Positions 1-13,010 of a DNA stretch of 64,000 nucleotides are shown here, in pieces. Positions within the stretch are counted from its first letter, which is position 1. Each line of letters begins with the position of its first letter. The translations under genes were made by a program, and so were the position numbers. Source of the DNA: Macrostomum lignano (taxonomy: Eukaryota). The stretch lies in contig NIVC01002836.1 of the NCBI GenBank assembly GCA_002269645.1, forward strand, positions 72,854 through 136,853. Reading direction: 5' to 3'. The notes under the pieces were generated by a model. That model was not told the DNA's origin. It ran no database searches and worked only from the letters and a program-made list of their open reading frames with translations.

Positions 1-186
1 GTCGAGCACTTCGGAGGATGCCGCCGGCTTCTTGCGCCTGGGGATCAGGGACACCACAGAGTCGCCAATCTCCAGCCGCTGACAGGGCAGTCCGTGACGC
101 TCCATGGTTTTAGTCGGACTGTGCGAGGCCCAGCCTTTGTCCGCTACGTAGAACGGCTGACTGATTGGCAGTTCGATTTTGCGCAC
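1..186 (-). CDS. ATXN1: Ataxin-1-like gene, downstream exon encoding the C-terminal half of the AXH domain (continues past the window edge)
   Basis: Acceptor CAG at 189-187, phase 0. Hand translation gives VRKIELPISQPFYVADKGWASHSPTKTMERHGLPCQRLEIGDSVVSLIPRRKKPAASSEVLD, which parallels the ataxin-1 AXH C-terminal half (PFFVFGQGWSSCCP...LPCSKLSVGDVCISL, recalled). Too short for the ORF track. Confidence 0.9.
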   Translation of the reverse strand, partial: MRKIELPISQPFYVADKGWASHSPTKTMERHGLPCQRLEIGDSVVSLIPRRKKPAASSEVLD

Positions 187-289
187 CTGTGGAATTGATA
201 AATATTGCTTATTAGTGGCTTGATTGCTTGTTTTACAGATATTAGTTTGATAGGTTTTGCTGTTTAATCTAACTCTGTTATAGAATTGA

Positions 290-1105
290 CTAACTTAGGT
301 CAATCTTTATGTCAGTGTTTTAGCTACCGTTAAGGTCAGTGCTTTATCTGATTTAGGTCAGTTTTTATCTGATTTAGGTCATTTTTTATCTGATTTAGGT
401 CAGTTTTTATCTAATTTAGGTCAGTGTTTTATCTGAATTTAGATCTGTGTTTACTCTGATTTAGGTCAGTGTTTTATCTGAATTTAAGTCAGCGTTTACT
501 CTGATTTACACTCAGATTTAGGTCAGCGTTTTATCAGGTCAGTGTTTACTCTGATTTAGGTCAGTGTTTACTCTGATTTAGGTCAGTGTTTACTCTGATT
601 TAGGTCAGTGTTTTATCTGGATTTAGGTCAGTGTTTACTCTGATTTACACTCAGATTTAGGTCAGTGTTTACTCTGATTTACACTCAGATTTAGGTCAGT
701 TTTTATCTGATTTACACTCAGATTTAGGTCAGTGTTTACTCTGATTTACACTCAGATTTAGGTCAGTTTTTATCTGATTTAGGTCAGCATTTTATCTGGA
801 TTTAGATCAGTGTTTACTCTGATCTAGGTCAGTGTTTACTCTGATTTAGGTCAGTGTTAACTCTGATTTAGGTCAGTGTTTACTCTGATTTATACTCAGA
901 TTTAGTTCAGTTTTTATCTGATTTAGGTCAGCGTTTTATCTGGATTTAGTTCAGTGTTTACTCTGATCTAGGTCAGTGTTTACTCTGATTTAGGTCAGTG
1001 TTAACTCTGATTTAGGTCAGTGTTTACTCTGATTTATACTCAGATTTAGGTCAGTTTTTATCTGATTTAGGTCAGTGTTTTATCTGGATTTAGTTCAGTG
1101 TTTCA
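290..1105. repeat. Degenerate ~22-bp minisatellite (TCTGATTTAGGTCAGTGTTTAC) in an ATXN1 intron
   Basis: 22-nt period visible at 551/573; about 35 degenerate copies. Confidence 0.95.
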
Positions 1106-1745
1106 ACTCAAGTTTTAAGGTCAGGTTGTCAGCTCCAGTTTCCAGCAGAGAGGGCCTTTAGCCAAGAGTTTGTCAAGGTCTTACTGTAGATACCGTTCTG
1201 CATCAAATATAGCTAGTTGATGAAGCTGCAACACCAGTTTAGCAGGAATACTTCAGCCATGTGTGTTTCCTGCTTTCAGTGCTCTGAAAACAAAACCAAT
1301 TAGTAAAATTGGGAGTGTGAGTGAGTGATCTGTCTCCCTTGGGGCCTCTTGGGTAAACTCTCAGGCCGTGATCAAGGACCCTGATTGTTGCATTGTAGTG
1401 GTGTATAGAGAGAAAGAGCTGCCATGCTTTCTGGGGATTTGCAAAGTCGTGCTCAAGAATACAAATTCGATTTAAGCCGGGCACGCCTTGCATTAACAAG
1501 AATTTGCCTCATTACCCCTCTTGACAACTCCGGTCACAACCTTCTCACTTACAGTTCCATCATCCCCATCCCAGCCTCTTGGGAGCAGACTGACGAATAA
1601 GAGCGGAATTCTGATGAATCTGCGGAATTATTTTAAAGAGTTCGAAGGCACGCATTGCATGTTCTGCGCCTTCTAGAATTGCGTGTGTCATCAGCGCGTG
1701 TTTAATGCAAATGGTTGATTAAGGATTGTCAGTCTGCAGTTTCCT

Positions 1746-1852
1746 GCTGGCGCCCCTGGTGCTGGCGCCCCTGGTGCTGGCGCCCCTGGTGCTGGCGCCC
1801 CTGGTGCTGGCGCCCCTGGTGCTGGCGCCCCTGGTGCTGGCGCCCCTGGTGC
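1746..1852. repeat. Perfect 15-bp tandem repeat (GCTGGCGCCCCTGGT) x7
   Basis: Direct reading; explains the LAPLV ORF 1726..1908. Confidence 0.95.
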
Positions 1853-2522
1853 TAAGAAATCTTCGGTCAAGACAATCTGTCATTGATACAAACCGTGCAT
1901 TGATTTAAGCCCTGTTTTGCCATCACATCCTTGTGCAGGAAATCTCAGAAGTCGAGAAGGCCAAAGAGATAACACAGAAATTTACTCTGATGGGATGGGA
2001 CTGATTGAATTAAATCACTCCCCCCGTTTCTTCTGCTCCCGCGTCTCTTCCTCCTCCCATTGCCGCAATCCAATTATTTCAATAATTATTTAATAGTTAC
2101 GACTTTCAGCCGCGGCTGCGCAGCAAAACTCCGCGAGCTCTGAAGCCGCAGGAGCAGGGCTAGGGGGGGGGTGGCCTCGGACTCGATCCCTTGCCCCCCG
2201 CCTGAAGGCAAAAATCACGAAACCAAACCAGCAGGCGGGGACCCCTCCTCAAAGGATTACGCCCTTGCCCCCCCCCCCACCGCACCCAACCGTCTTTGCC
2301 CCGCCTGTCCGATCCCATCTGGATTAAACGCGCAGCAGAAACAGCAGCAGGGGATTGAGCTGTGCGATCCGCAGCGGAGGAAAATGAGTCGGGAAGGGGG
2401 GGGGGCGATCAGGCCGGCCAGCCCTGCGGGCTCAAATCTGCCCGCCCTGGTTCCGCGCCCCGGGATCAAGTTGAAGAAAATCTGAAGAGAGCGGGAGAGA
2501 GCAGAGAAGTCCTGCTCACACG

Positions 2523-2524
<2 letters not shown>

Positions 2525-2552
<28 letters not shown>
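2525..2552. repeat. (CA)n microsatellite
   Basis: Direct reading. Confidence 0.9.
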
Positions 2553-2556
<4 letters not shown>

Positions 2557-3784
2557 TACACGCTCACATGAGCGCACCGACAGCTCACACAACCGCAGTG
2601 GCCGCGGTTCCTTGGATGAGGACAGACAGTCAGCTGGGATGCGAATGCGATGCGATGAGAAACTTTGTTGTGTTTGACCCGATTACCCGCGCTGCTGCAG
2701 GGGGTCTGTGATGCCGAAATCGCCCTAAGGGGCCGAGTGCTGGGGCTCCGATACTGGAGTGGACAGGGTTTCAGCTCCATAGAAAAGGGGGGGGGTTAAG
2801 GCCCGAGCCCTGTCTGGCTCGATCCGCTTTCGCTGCAGCAGAGCATTTGGTTTCTCCCGTCTCCTACTGCCGGGTGATTAAGGCCGGAGATCCGACACTC
2901 GCCGGCTAGCGACTAGCTGGGGGATATCAAGAGAAAATGAGGATCCGAGCTGGGATAAACACTAAGATACTTGTTCCCGACACCCGGCAATGGCCTCCCC
3001 GACCCCGACTTAATCCGCCCCCACCCCCGCCATCTCGCCGTCTCGGTTTCACTCCTTTGCAGGGCCACCAGACCGAGTGGCGGTTCAGCCTTTAATTTGA
3101 AAGCGAATAATATCAAGAATAAGAATGAAGATTACGAAGGCTCCCCATACACAGCCGCAGGTTTCAGATGATCTGTTATTATCATTACAAACCTTTTCTG
3201 GTTGCCTGTAATTAAAGTGGCCAAGAAATAATGGCGCATTTGGGCGCCTCCCGCGGCGACAGGGTGGCCGCTCGCTCTGTCCCCCTGCCTCCGCCCCATC
3301 AGCTTAGCAATCGCCAACAAGCACCGGGCTATCGAGACTTTATTACTGCTTATTTACTTAATCCTTGACTAAACTGACTGGTGTGTTGGATTATGCCCCT
3401 ATTAACACCTGGGGAATACTGTGCAACTGCAATGGCAGTCTGAATGACAACTTGTTACAATATAATCTTGTTGTGATTTTAATGACCCCCCCCCCAATTT
3501 TTTATTAGGGAGCACCTGACCCCCTTGACCTCCGCTGGTTAGCTTTTCTATAGCAGTTAAGCAATTATCTAAAATTTCAGTGGGGAGACAGAGTCCCCAT
3601 TTCTATGCCAGGGGTCAGTTGTCCCCGGTCTCGATGCCAGGGGGTCAACTGCCCCCCCCCCCGATCTCTATGCCAAGGGGCCGGCTGCCTCCGATCTCTA
3701 TGCCAAAGGGTCAGCTGCCCCTGCCCCTACCTGTTGATTGGTGCCTAAATAGCTGCCAAGTTTTTGCACACATGTTGCGCTCAC

Positions 3785-4890
3785 CTGTCTCCGATCCTGG
3801 CCCAGGGTGAACTCCAGCCGCACGGTGCCCTCCGGCGGGTTGTCCTCTGCTCGGGCCACCCGGCACCGCTCCAGCCGGTAGCGCGAGTTACCGCCGCCGT
3901 CGAAGTCGGCCAGCGACAAATCCTCAACTCGCTTGATCGCCCCAGCGCCGGTGGTCACCAGGGTGCCGCGTCGGAACAGCGCCGAGTTCGAAGAAGCCGT
4001 CTCGGGTTGTTGGCGCACCCCGTCCTCGTAGCGAGGCTGCGGCAGCAGCGGCGCCTGCGTCGGCGGCGGCGGAGGAGGAGGCAGCAGCAGAGGCAGCGAC
4101 TGCGACGACTGTTGGTGCGGGTGCCGCTCCGAGTGCACCGGGTCAGCCTTGGAAGCTGTGGAGGCAGCGGCGGCGGCGGCTGCAGCTGCAGCAGCTGCGG
4201 CAGCCGCGGCTGCTGGACGCAGAGCTGGCGGAAACACTTCCGGCGGGCGGGAGAGCGGGAAAAGCAGTTGGTGCTGCTGCTGCTTGGCGCTGGAGCTCTG
4301 GCTTTTCCGACTGCCGCCGCCCCCGCCGCCTCCGAGGCCGCCGCCGGCCACGCTGATCGGAGGCCCGAACTGATAGCTGGCGGCGGCAGCTGACAAGGCG
4401 GCCACCGAGTCCAGCGGCGGCAATCTGGGATAAATTGGCGACAATGGGAAAGGCGAGAAGCTGGCCGGAAATCTCGGCGGCTTCATCATATCGGGCAGAA
4501 TAGAGTGGAATCCTTGCGCCGAGTGCGGAGGCAGCGGAGGCGGCGGCGGCGGCGGCGGCCCGGGGAAGTGCGGGTAGAAGTTGTAGGCTGATGATTGAAA
4601 TGCTGCAGCTGCTGCAGCCGCTGCCGCCGCCGCCGCTGCAGGGCTGGTCGCGGCTGCCGCACCGCCGCCACCGCCGCTGCCGCCGCTGCCTGCGCTGCCG
4701 CCGCCGCCCTCTAAATGTGACGATGATGGCGGCAATGACAGTTGAGGCGGCATCGGCGGCGGCGGCGGCGGCGGCGGTAGCGGCTGAAACGGCAGCGGCT
4801 GGGGTCGCCAGATGGACTTCTCTGCCGAGGTGGACATTGAGGCTGAGTTGGCTGCTGACAGAGTGACAAACTGGAGTTTCGCTGGAGGCC
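3785..4890 (-). CDS. ATXN1: Ataxin-1-like gene, large exon: low-complexity Pro/Ala/Gly region plus N-terminal half of the AXH domain
   Basis: ORF 3698..4837 with ATG at 4837, open upstream to an acceptor ttgaattgcAG at 4892-4891. It ends ...LFRRGTLVTTGAGAIKRVEDLSLADF...VRLEFTLGQDRRQ at donor CAG|GTGAGC (3785/3784), matching AXH 'YFMKGSIIQLANGELKKVEDLKTEDF...IQFAVGEHRAQV', and joins the 1..186 exon in phase 0. Confidence 0.88.
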
Positions 4891-5931
4891 CTGCAATTCA
4901 ACAAATCGCTCGCTAACTGAGTGACTGTCTTTGCTTTTTTCAGGAAATTCGCAGCAAGCGGGCGGGAGGCGTCTGAGTTGCCTTCACTACCCAGCCACTC
5001 TCTAGCGTAATAGTAGGGGGGGGGGGGTAACGGAGAGTGATGGGGAACGGGGATGCCCGGGAGAGAGAGGGGGTCAGGATTCGTGGATGAACCAGATGGA
5101 GCCTTACTGGCTGGGACAGGGGAGTCTGGACAGCCAATTGGGGATCTGGAATTTTCAATAGGAGGAAACTCGCGCCCCGACACCGAAGCTGGGCAAGGAA
5201 TTATGCAGAAAATCAAGGATCAGCTGCTCCTTATAGCTCATAATGACTATTTATATTAATCTCTGATCTCAAATGACCAGCGCCTACTACAAGGTTAAGC
5301 AGATTTGCCACCGGTTAGCCGTATATTTTTGTTTTTTTCCAAATTTGTATCTTCTCAGCTCTATTATTTCCCTCAAATTGCCGGGGGATTTTGTCGAGAG
5401 AGAGAGAGACAGACAAGCTTTGAGTCCCAATTTTAGCGCTCTACCCCCACCCTATTGACCCTATTGATGATCCGGGACGCGGTTTAATTATACAGATTGT
5501 ATTAGAGTGAGAAATGAGCATGTTAGTTAGAACCTCATCAACAGGGCACACGTGGCACGCCTATTCTCGATCCCTGTTATCAAACTGAAGGCATGCAGGA
5601 TCCTCTCTCACCGTCAGCTCCTGCTGCCACTGCAGCACCCATGCAGCAATACTTCACAACCGCCGCCAGCTGTTTTGTTGAGAGACAGCAGAGAAAGAGA
5701 CAAAAAATCTGCCCCAAATTTGAGACTCGTCATGCTCGATTGTTGCCGTTGGATTATACGGTGCGAACCTTGTTATTATATGAGGCATCCATTAGCCTGA
5801 TTCACGATTTTCCACCTGGGCCATTGTCCGGTTGTGATTTCACTGCTCTGTCTGCCACGCTTCAAGTCGGTTTTAATCCCCACTGATTCTCTCAGTAACC
5901 CTATTTTCCTACGGGCAGCCACTTCTCTCTC

Positions 5932-6885
5932 TCCCAGTGTCTACTTCTCTCTCTCCTTCCCCGTGTCTACTTCTCTCTTTCCCCAGTGTCTACTTCTCTC
6001 TCCCCCCAGTGTCTACTTCTCTCCCCCAGTGTCTACTCCTCTCTCCTTTCCAGTGTCTACTCCTCTCTCCTTTCCAGTGTCTACTCCTCTCTCCTTTCCA
6101 GTGTCTACTCCTCTCTCCTTTCCAGTGTCTACTCCTCTCTCCTTTCCAGTGTCTACTCCTCTCTCCTTTCCAGTGTCTACTCCTCTCTCCTTTCCAGTGT
6201 CTACTCCTCTCTCCTTTCCAGGGTCTACTTATCTCTCCCTCTCAGTGTCTACTTCTATCTCTCTCCCCAGTGTCTCCTTCTCTCTCTTTCTCCCAGTGTC
6301 TACTTCTCTCTCTTTCTCCCAGTGTCTACTTCTCTCTCTTTCTCCCAGTGTCTACTTCTCTCTCTTTCTCCCAGTGTCTACTTCTCTCCTTCAGTGTCTA
6401 CTCCTCTCTCCTTTCCAGTGTCTACTCCTCTCTCCTTTCCAGTGTCTACTCCTCTCTCCTTTCCAGTGTCTACTCCTCTCTCCTTTCCAGTGTCTACTCC
6501 TCTCTCCTTTCCAGTGTCTACTCCTCTCTCCTTTCCAGTGTCTACTCCTCTCTCCTTTCCAGTGTCTACTCCTCTCTCCTTTCCAGGGTCTACTTATCTC
6601 TCCCTCTCAGTGTCTACTTCTATCTCTCTCCCCAGTGTCTCCTTCTCTCTCTTTCTCCCAGTGTCTACTTCTCTCTCTTTCTCCCAGTGTCTACTTCTCT
6701 CTCTTTCTCCCAGTGTCTACTTCTCTCTCTTTCTCCCAGTGTCTACTTCTCTCTCTTTCTCCCAGTGTCTACTTCTCTCCTTCAGTGTCTACTTCTCTCT
6801 CGTTTCCAGGGTCTACTTATCTCTCCCTCTCAGTGTCTACTTCTCTCCCTCCCTCCCAGTGTCTAATTCTGTCTCTCTCCTTCCC
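5932..6885. repeat. Pyrimidine-rich ~20-24-bp minisatellite (CCAGTGTCTACTCCTCTCTCCTTT), with an internally duplicated higher-order block
   Basis: Direct reading; all three + frames are open only because the unit lacks stops. Confidence 0.95.
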
Positions 6886-7824
6886 AATGTCCATCTATGT
6901 CTATCAACTCAACCTTGGCCAACTATCTCCAGTTCCATTTGATTCTGACTATTAATTAAGCTGGTACCCAGTCGGCCGCAATGCAGCGTGAGAATCAGCA
7001 TTCGCAGCTGTTCCGCCTCCCTTAGACCCCCATATACTATACACATCTGCATGGCATCCCCTTCCTCACTCGCTGATTGTCTAGTGATTAAAAGCAATTC
7101 CCCCCTCCCTCAACGTCATGTGTCGCTTCTTAAGATTGCGGCAGCAGCGCCAGCAGCAGCAGCAGCAGCAGCAGCCTGCACCCTCTGACGGAACAGGGCC
7201 ATCCTCAAGTTCTTTCATGCATCTGTATTTTGTTTGTCTTAGTTCTGCCACGAGAGCTTTAATGCGCGGAGGCGTGACGGAATGCCCGGGCGGGTAAAAG
7301 TTGGGCCTTTACTCTCCCACCCCTCCCCCTCTCTTGATTATTCTGTGCAACTGACTGACAGGCCCGCGCTCGGGCGCATCACGACAAGGAAAACTACAAG
7401 CGCGGCGGCGGTGAAGGGCTGGTGGTGGGGGAGGGAGCATTTATTGTCTTTTAATTTTCCCCGAGCCTGACCTCAACTATATTTTGTAGAGGCTCTCTCG
7501 TTGCTGACTGGGTTTTCAAAGTGAAATATTTTCCGATTTCCATTAATAGCATTTTTTACGATCTAGCGCGCCCGGTCTGGCAATCGGAAATGTCACTTGC
7601 TGGTATCTTTGTGTGCGGATTTTTTCTATTGCATTGGTAGCCGTCTACGAATTCAAAGCGCTGCCTCTTATGGGATAGGTGGTTTTGTTTAAGTTAATTG
7701 GCTTTTTAAGACTGTGTGAGAAGGAGACATGGGAGTAGGTAGGGAGTAGACAGGAACTGTCAAAGTTGAACCTGGAAAACAAACAGAGAAATACTGAGCC
7801 CTGACAAACTGAAGGAAGTATAAT

Positions 7825-8111
7825 GAGACAAGTAGTCAGTTGGGAGGGAAGTAGACAGGGGGTAGAGAAGTAGACAGGGAAAAGAGAAGTAGACAATGGT
7901 GAGAGAAGTAGACAGTGGTGAGAGAAGTAGACAGGGGGAGCGAAGCAGACAGGGGGAGAGAAGTAGACAGTGGAGAGGGAAGTAGACAGGGGAGCGAAGC
8001 AGACAGGGGAGAGAAGTAGACAGGGGAGCGAAGCAGACAGGGGGAGAGAAGTAAACAACGGAGAGGGAAGCAGACGGGGGAGAGAAGTAGACAGGGGGAG
8101 AGAAGTAGACC
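7825..8111. repeat. Purine-rich ~18-20-bp minisatellite (GAGAAGTAGACAGGGGGA), a reverse-complement relative of the 5932-6885 array
   Basis: Its reverse complement shares the core TGTCTACTTCTCTC with the 5932-6885 array. Confidence 0.9.
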
Positions 8112-10589
8112 ATAGGCAGACTAGTGACTAACGGTAGTTACAAGATGCCAGAAACCGGAGAGGGGCAGAAGTGGTAGGCATAAGGGAAAGTGGGTCGCAA
8201 AAAGTAGGGGCATTATTAAGGAAACCATCGGCAAAGGACATGGCCAAGACGTGAATGGTATTGTGGCGTGACTCTGTGTTGCTTCCAGACAGGCCTGAAT
8301 ATTAGGCGGCCCAGCTGAGAGACAAATGATGAAAATCCCTTTACGGATTTTGCGTGCGATTTAAGCTAAGAAAAATGCCTCAAAGATAGAAGAACAGATC
8401 CACAGGAAATGGGAACGATATTGGCGGATTAAAGCGGACTTGCTAAAATCCTTAATCTCTTTGTCGGTTTGGAGAGCAAGCTAATCTACGGCAATGCCTC
8501 TTCACACCGCCGTGGCAGCTCAGAAGCCGCTCGGCTCTGCATCAATCTGCCCTCCTCCCACTTCTCATTAGGGATAACTTCCGACTGCCGGGGGCAGGTA
8601 CGAATGATGGAAATCTAATCTGAGCTTTAATGACTGCTCCGGCAGCTCCTCCCACTTTGCTTGTTGTTTTGCTCAGTCGAGTGAACAGCATCCGGGATTG
8701 TTTTACCAACATGCAGCTTTCATTGAGAGTGCTTGGAGTGAGTGAGCCGAGTGAGTGAGTGAATGGGGAATTAAGGAACAGAGAGAGAGCACGGAATGCG
8801 AGCGACAGTGTGAGAAAAAGTGGATCGAAGCCACTAACCCAGCCCAGTGGTGTGGGGTCTCTAATTGCCACAACAGGTCGGGTTGGGTTGCATCAAACAG
8901 TTCTGCGCCCGGCATCCCAGTAGTGAGCGGGACAGATGTGAATGGGATAAATATCCCAATGTGGGCCAGGGAGGAAACGGCTCAACTGAATGCCCGAAGC
9001 TATCGATCTGGACGATGAGGATTGAAGAAATGAGGCTGGCCGGGGCCGGGCCGTCTTGAGCACAGAAACTCTTTTATTTGCCGTTCTCAAAGCAAAAGTG
9101 ACCGCTCCCTCCCGCCTGCCTGCCTCACTCAGTAGCCAAAGAGCCTCGGGGACAACTGTGTATACGAGAGAACAATGAGTCGAAACCGCTTATCCACACG
9201 CACACACACAGCACACAATTTTGCTTTGTGTATTCTGTTAATGCAGTCATTCATCTCTGCTCAAGGTAGAGAACTCGAAAGGGAAACTGATAAGCCTGTT
9301 CTGGAGAGACACGCCAGCGGATTGGGCGCTCAATTCTGCAGACCCGTTTCTACTCGCGTTGCACCTATCACGCGATAACTCTGCGCGCGACACACAGCCC
9401 CCGGGCCCCTTGTCAAGCACTTGGCCAACTCTTTTATTATTATTGGAATTCGAGAGACAGGGCGAGAGTCGGGCGAGGCGCTGGGACAGCCGCGCTCGCT
9501 CGGCCATTTGCGTGATGTTTTAATCCATTTGGCCAGCCGTTCCCCCTTTCCTTAATCGTTTCGCTCGGCAGAACAAGACAGACAGGGCCGGCCTCGCGCT
9601 GCACAGGGGAAACTTATTATTTTTCTTCTTAACACTCCTCCACAAGGAGGCCATCTTTAGTTGTCTTGAGCGATCACTTCACTGCCAGACCCGTAGTCCC
9701 CTCGCCGCGGGGGTGAGAGTCGTGTGCGTGTGTGTGTGTGAGGTGAGACTGCCCTGGCCTGCCGGGCCGCTCTCACTCAACCTATCCGTGCATCCGGGCT
9801 GGGCGCACGCCTTGGTCGAGTGGCTAGTAATAAAGACAAGTCGATAAGCGCTTGATTGGATTTCGTACCTGCGAGATGTTCCTATCCTTTCCTGGCTGTC
9901 TCTCTTGGTTCGCCCCCCGATTATCAGCTACCGTGGCCCCAGCGCCCACTTGGCCGTGGCCAGCTGTCACGGAATCCCCGGGCCTGTACAGGGACATCCT
10001 GATCTAGAAACTGGAGAGTCTGACTGTATGATATCAGTTTAGGATTCTGAGCAATACTCAAATGCGCCTTGGTCTTGACAGAACATTTCAATTTGGCATA
10101 GAAGTTCGGGCTCAAATAGGCTTTCTTGGGCTTTTCTATGTCGCATTTTTGAGGGTCGAGCTGGGCCCTAGGGTCAGCCCTACCAAGTTATGATGTCTTG
10201 TAATAGGGGCTAGTCCAAGTTCTGCTTCTATAGATCTCCTTGGCCTGTAGATCCCATTTTCGACCCCTCCCCCACAGTCTAATCCCTTCTCTGCAGCCTT
10301 ATTCAACCGGCTCTCCGAGCTCCCAGGTGAGTCGAAATTACCGCAAACTCAACCTCCACTCTCGCCTTTCCCTCCACTTTCCCGTCCCTCTCCACAAGCA
10401 CTAACTGGTTAGAGGCTGTCGAACACTTGCGCCACTCTCACGAAATCACACTTCATCGAACGCACTACACAGGAAGAAGCAGGTGAGAATCTCTTTCTTA
10501 GTGAGGCTTAAGTTTGTTAGAGCTCGCGTTTTTTTGCTGGCACGATTTGCTCACTTGGATCCTGTCTCAAATTTCCTAGAATCCGCTAC

Positions 10590-11352
10590 AATTCCTAGCA
10601 CCCGATGCAGTCCCTGACACCCCGATGCGATGCCTGACACCCCGATGCGATCCCTGACACCCCGATGCGATCCCTGACACCCCGATGCGATCCCTGACAC
10701 CCCGATGCGATCCCTGACACCCCGATGCGATCCCTGACACCCCGATGCAGTCATTGACACCCCGATGCGATCCCTGACACCCCAATGCCGTCCCTGACAC
10801 TCCGATGCAGAGCTTGACACCCGATGCGATCACTGACACCTCGATGCAGTGTCTGACACCCCGATGCAGTCTCTGACACCCTGATGCGATCCCTGACACC
10901 CCGATGCGATCTCTGACACCCCGGTGCGATCTCTGACACCCCGATGCGATCTCTGACACCCCGATGCAGTCCCTGACACTCCGATGCAGAGCCTGACACC
11001 CCGATGGGATCACTGACACCTCGATGCATGTCTGACACTCCGATGCAGTCCCTGACACTCTCGATGCAGAGCCTGACACCCCGATGGGATCACTGACACC
11101 TCGATGCATGTCTGACACTCCGATGCAGTCCCTGACACTCCGATGCAGAGCCTGACACCCCGATGGGATCACTGACACCTCGATGCATGTCTGACACCCC
11201 GATGCAGTCCCTGAAACTCCTATGCAGAGCCTGACACCCCGATGGGTTCACTGACCCTCGATGCATGTCTGACACTCCGATGCAGTCCCTGACACTCTCG
11301 ATGCAGTCCCTGACACCCCGATGCAGTGTCTGACACTCCGATGCAGTCCCTG
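10590..11352. repeat. 20-bp minisatellite (CTGACACCCCGATGCGATCC)
   Basis: Direct reading; about 38 degenerate copies. Confidence 0.95.
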
Positions 11353-12516
11353 CCACCTTTCGCAGTTCCTAGCGATAATCTCCTATCGCTCCGAGTTAAG
11401 TAAAGTCAATATCTACAAAAACACAATTCTAGTTGCATTGAACAACTCTGGACTGTAGCAGCCCTCGAAATCAGGCAATTTGAATATGGAAGCAGCGCCT
11501 ACTCCATGGGGGTTGGCTGCCTGGCCAGTTTGCCTGAGGAAGAGACGGCTCGGGCGCACTCGGGTAATAAAATTGACCCAATCAAAAATCCCCTTGCCCA
11601 GGCCCGTTAGAAGCCAAAAAGCGGCTGCCCCTCTCTCTCGCTGGATCATTAATGCCTGCTCAGGCCCTCCTTGGCTAACCTTTCCCCTCCTAAACTTCCT
11701 AATGAGTCTCGGACTCGCGAGTAACTCCTTCCTTGGCTGTGTGGGACCGGGGGTGGGGGCTGCTGGCCGCCTGATGGCGTCAATTGCCAGGTTGGGTCTC
11801 GGGTGACCAGGCCCCGCTGCGGAGGCGGGGAAGCTGGGGGCTCCCCGCCACTGTGCTCAGACTCTGTTGGCCTCTCGCCTTTCTTTCTAACAAATTTCTT
11901 TCTTTCTCCCCTTCCCCAGTGGGGGCTCAAGGGTCATCCAATTTCCTCGTCATGAGATTATCCTGAGATCCACAACCTGATGAGAGTTTGTCCACCTAGA
12001 TGGATCAAATTTTTGAAGCAAAATCCCTAACTAAATTGCAATTCTGAGTACTTTGATTTGCATCTGCTTTGCTAGGGCGCCAACGCTAGGCTACTTTAAG
12101 GGGGGTGGAAAGACGAGATGGACCAGGGGAGGAGCAGTGGGGACCAAGCGTCAGTGGGGATTTGATCTTCCCGCTCATTTCGGTCCCGAAATTGGCCGTC
12201 TCGCCTTTCCGGACCAGCGCCCACCAGACCTCCCAATGCCAACGACTTCCCCCATAGCAGCCGGGTCCTTGCGAGTCTTTGCCAACCCCCTTGATCGGGG
12301 GCTTAGATTAGTCTGCGATGCTGAGCGTGAAATTCAACAATCCTCGGACCACATTTTGCGTCGTGTTTTGAAGATCGCCAAGCCAAGGGGCTGTTGGTGA
12401 CTAAGAAATCAATGAGGCTGGATGTGGAATCTTCAATGAGAAAGTCAGGACCGATGTACACCCTGTGTCATCGGAATGAGCCTGTTTGCTTGCCTCTTCG
12501 CTGCTACGTGACAACT

Positions 12517-13010
12517 TGATGTGCCTTGATGTGTCTTGATGTGTCTTGATGTGTCTTGATGTGTCTTGATGTGTCTTGATGTGTCTTGATGTGTCTTGAT
12601 GTGTCTTGATGTGTCTTGATGTGCCTTGATGTGCCTTTATGTGTCTTGATGTGTCTTGATGTGTCTTGATGTGTCTTGATGTGCCTTGATGTGCCTTGAT
12701 GTGCCTTGATGTGTCTTGATGTGTCTTGATGTGTCTTGATGTGTCTTGATGTGCCTTGATGTGTCTTGATGTGCCTTGATGTGTCTTGATGTGTCTTGAT
12801 GTGTCTTGATGTGCCTTGATGTGTCTTGATGTGTCTTGATGTGTCTTGATGTGCCTTGATGTGCCTTGATGTGTCTTGATGTGTCTTGATGTGTCTTGAT
12901 GTGTCTTGATGTGCCTTGATGTGTCTTGATGTGTCTTAATGTGCCTTGATGTGCCTTGATGTGTCTTAATGTGTCTTGATGTGCTTTGTTGTGTCTTGAT
13001 GTGCCTTGAT
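12517..13010. repeat. 10-bp tandem repeat (GATGTGTCTT / GATGTGCCTT)
   Basis: Direct reading; explains the HIKTHQDTSR ORFs. Confidence 0.95.

Noticed and set aside
4143-5216. 357-aa minus-strand ORF overlapping ATXN1 in another frame, and the plus-strand ORFs at 3764-4866
   Set aside because: Shadow frames of GCN-rich sequence; only the 4837 frame leads into the AXH domain.
5834-6955. Three 309-373-aa plus-strand ORFs (SFPVSTPL / QCLLLSPF repeats)
   Set aside because: Translations of a pyrimidine-rich minisatellite, with no coding signature.
7151-7174. (CAG)8 within the ataxin-1 locus, suggestive of a polyQ tract
   Set aside because: It is on the opposite strand to the gene and in a presumed intron, without flanking splice signals, so it does not encode polyQ.
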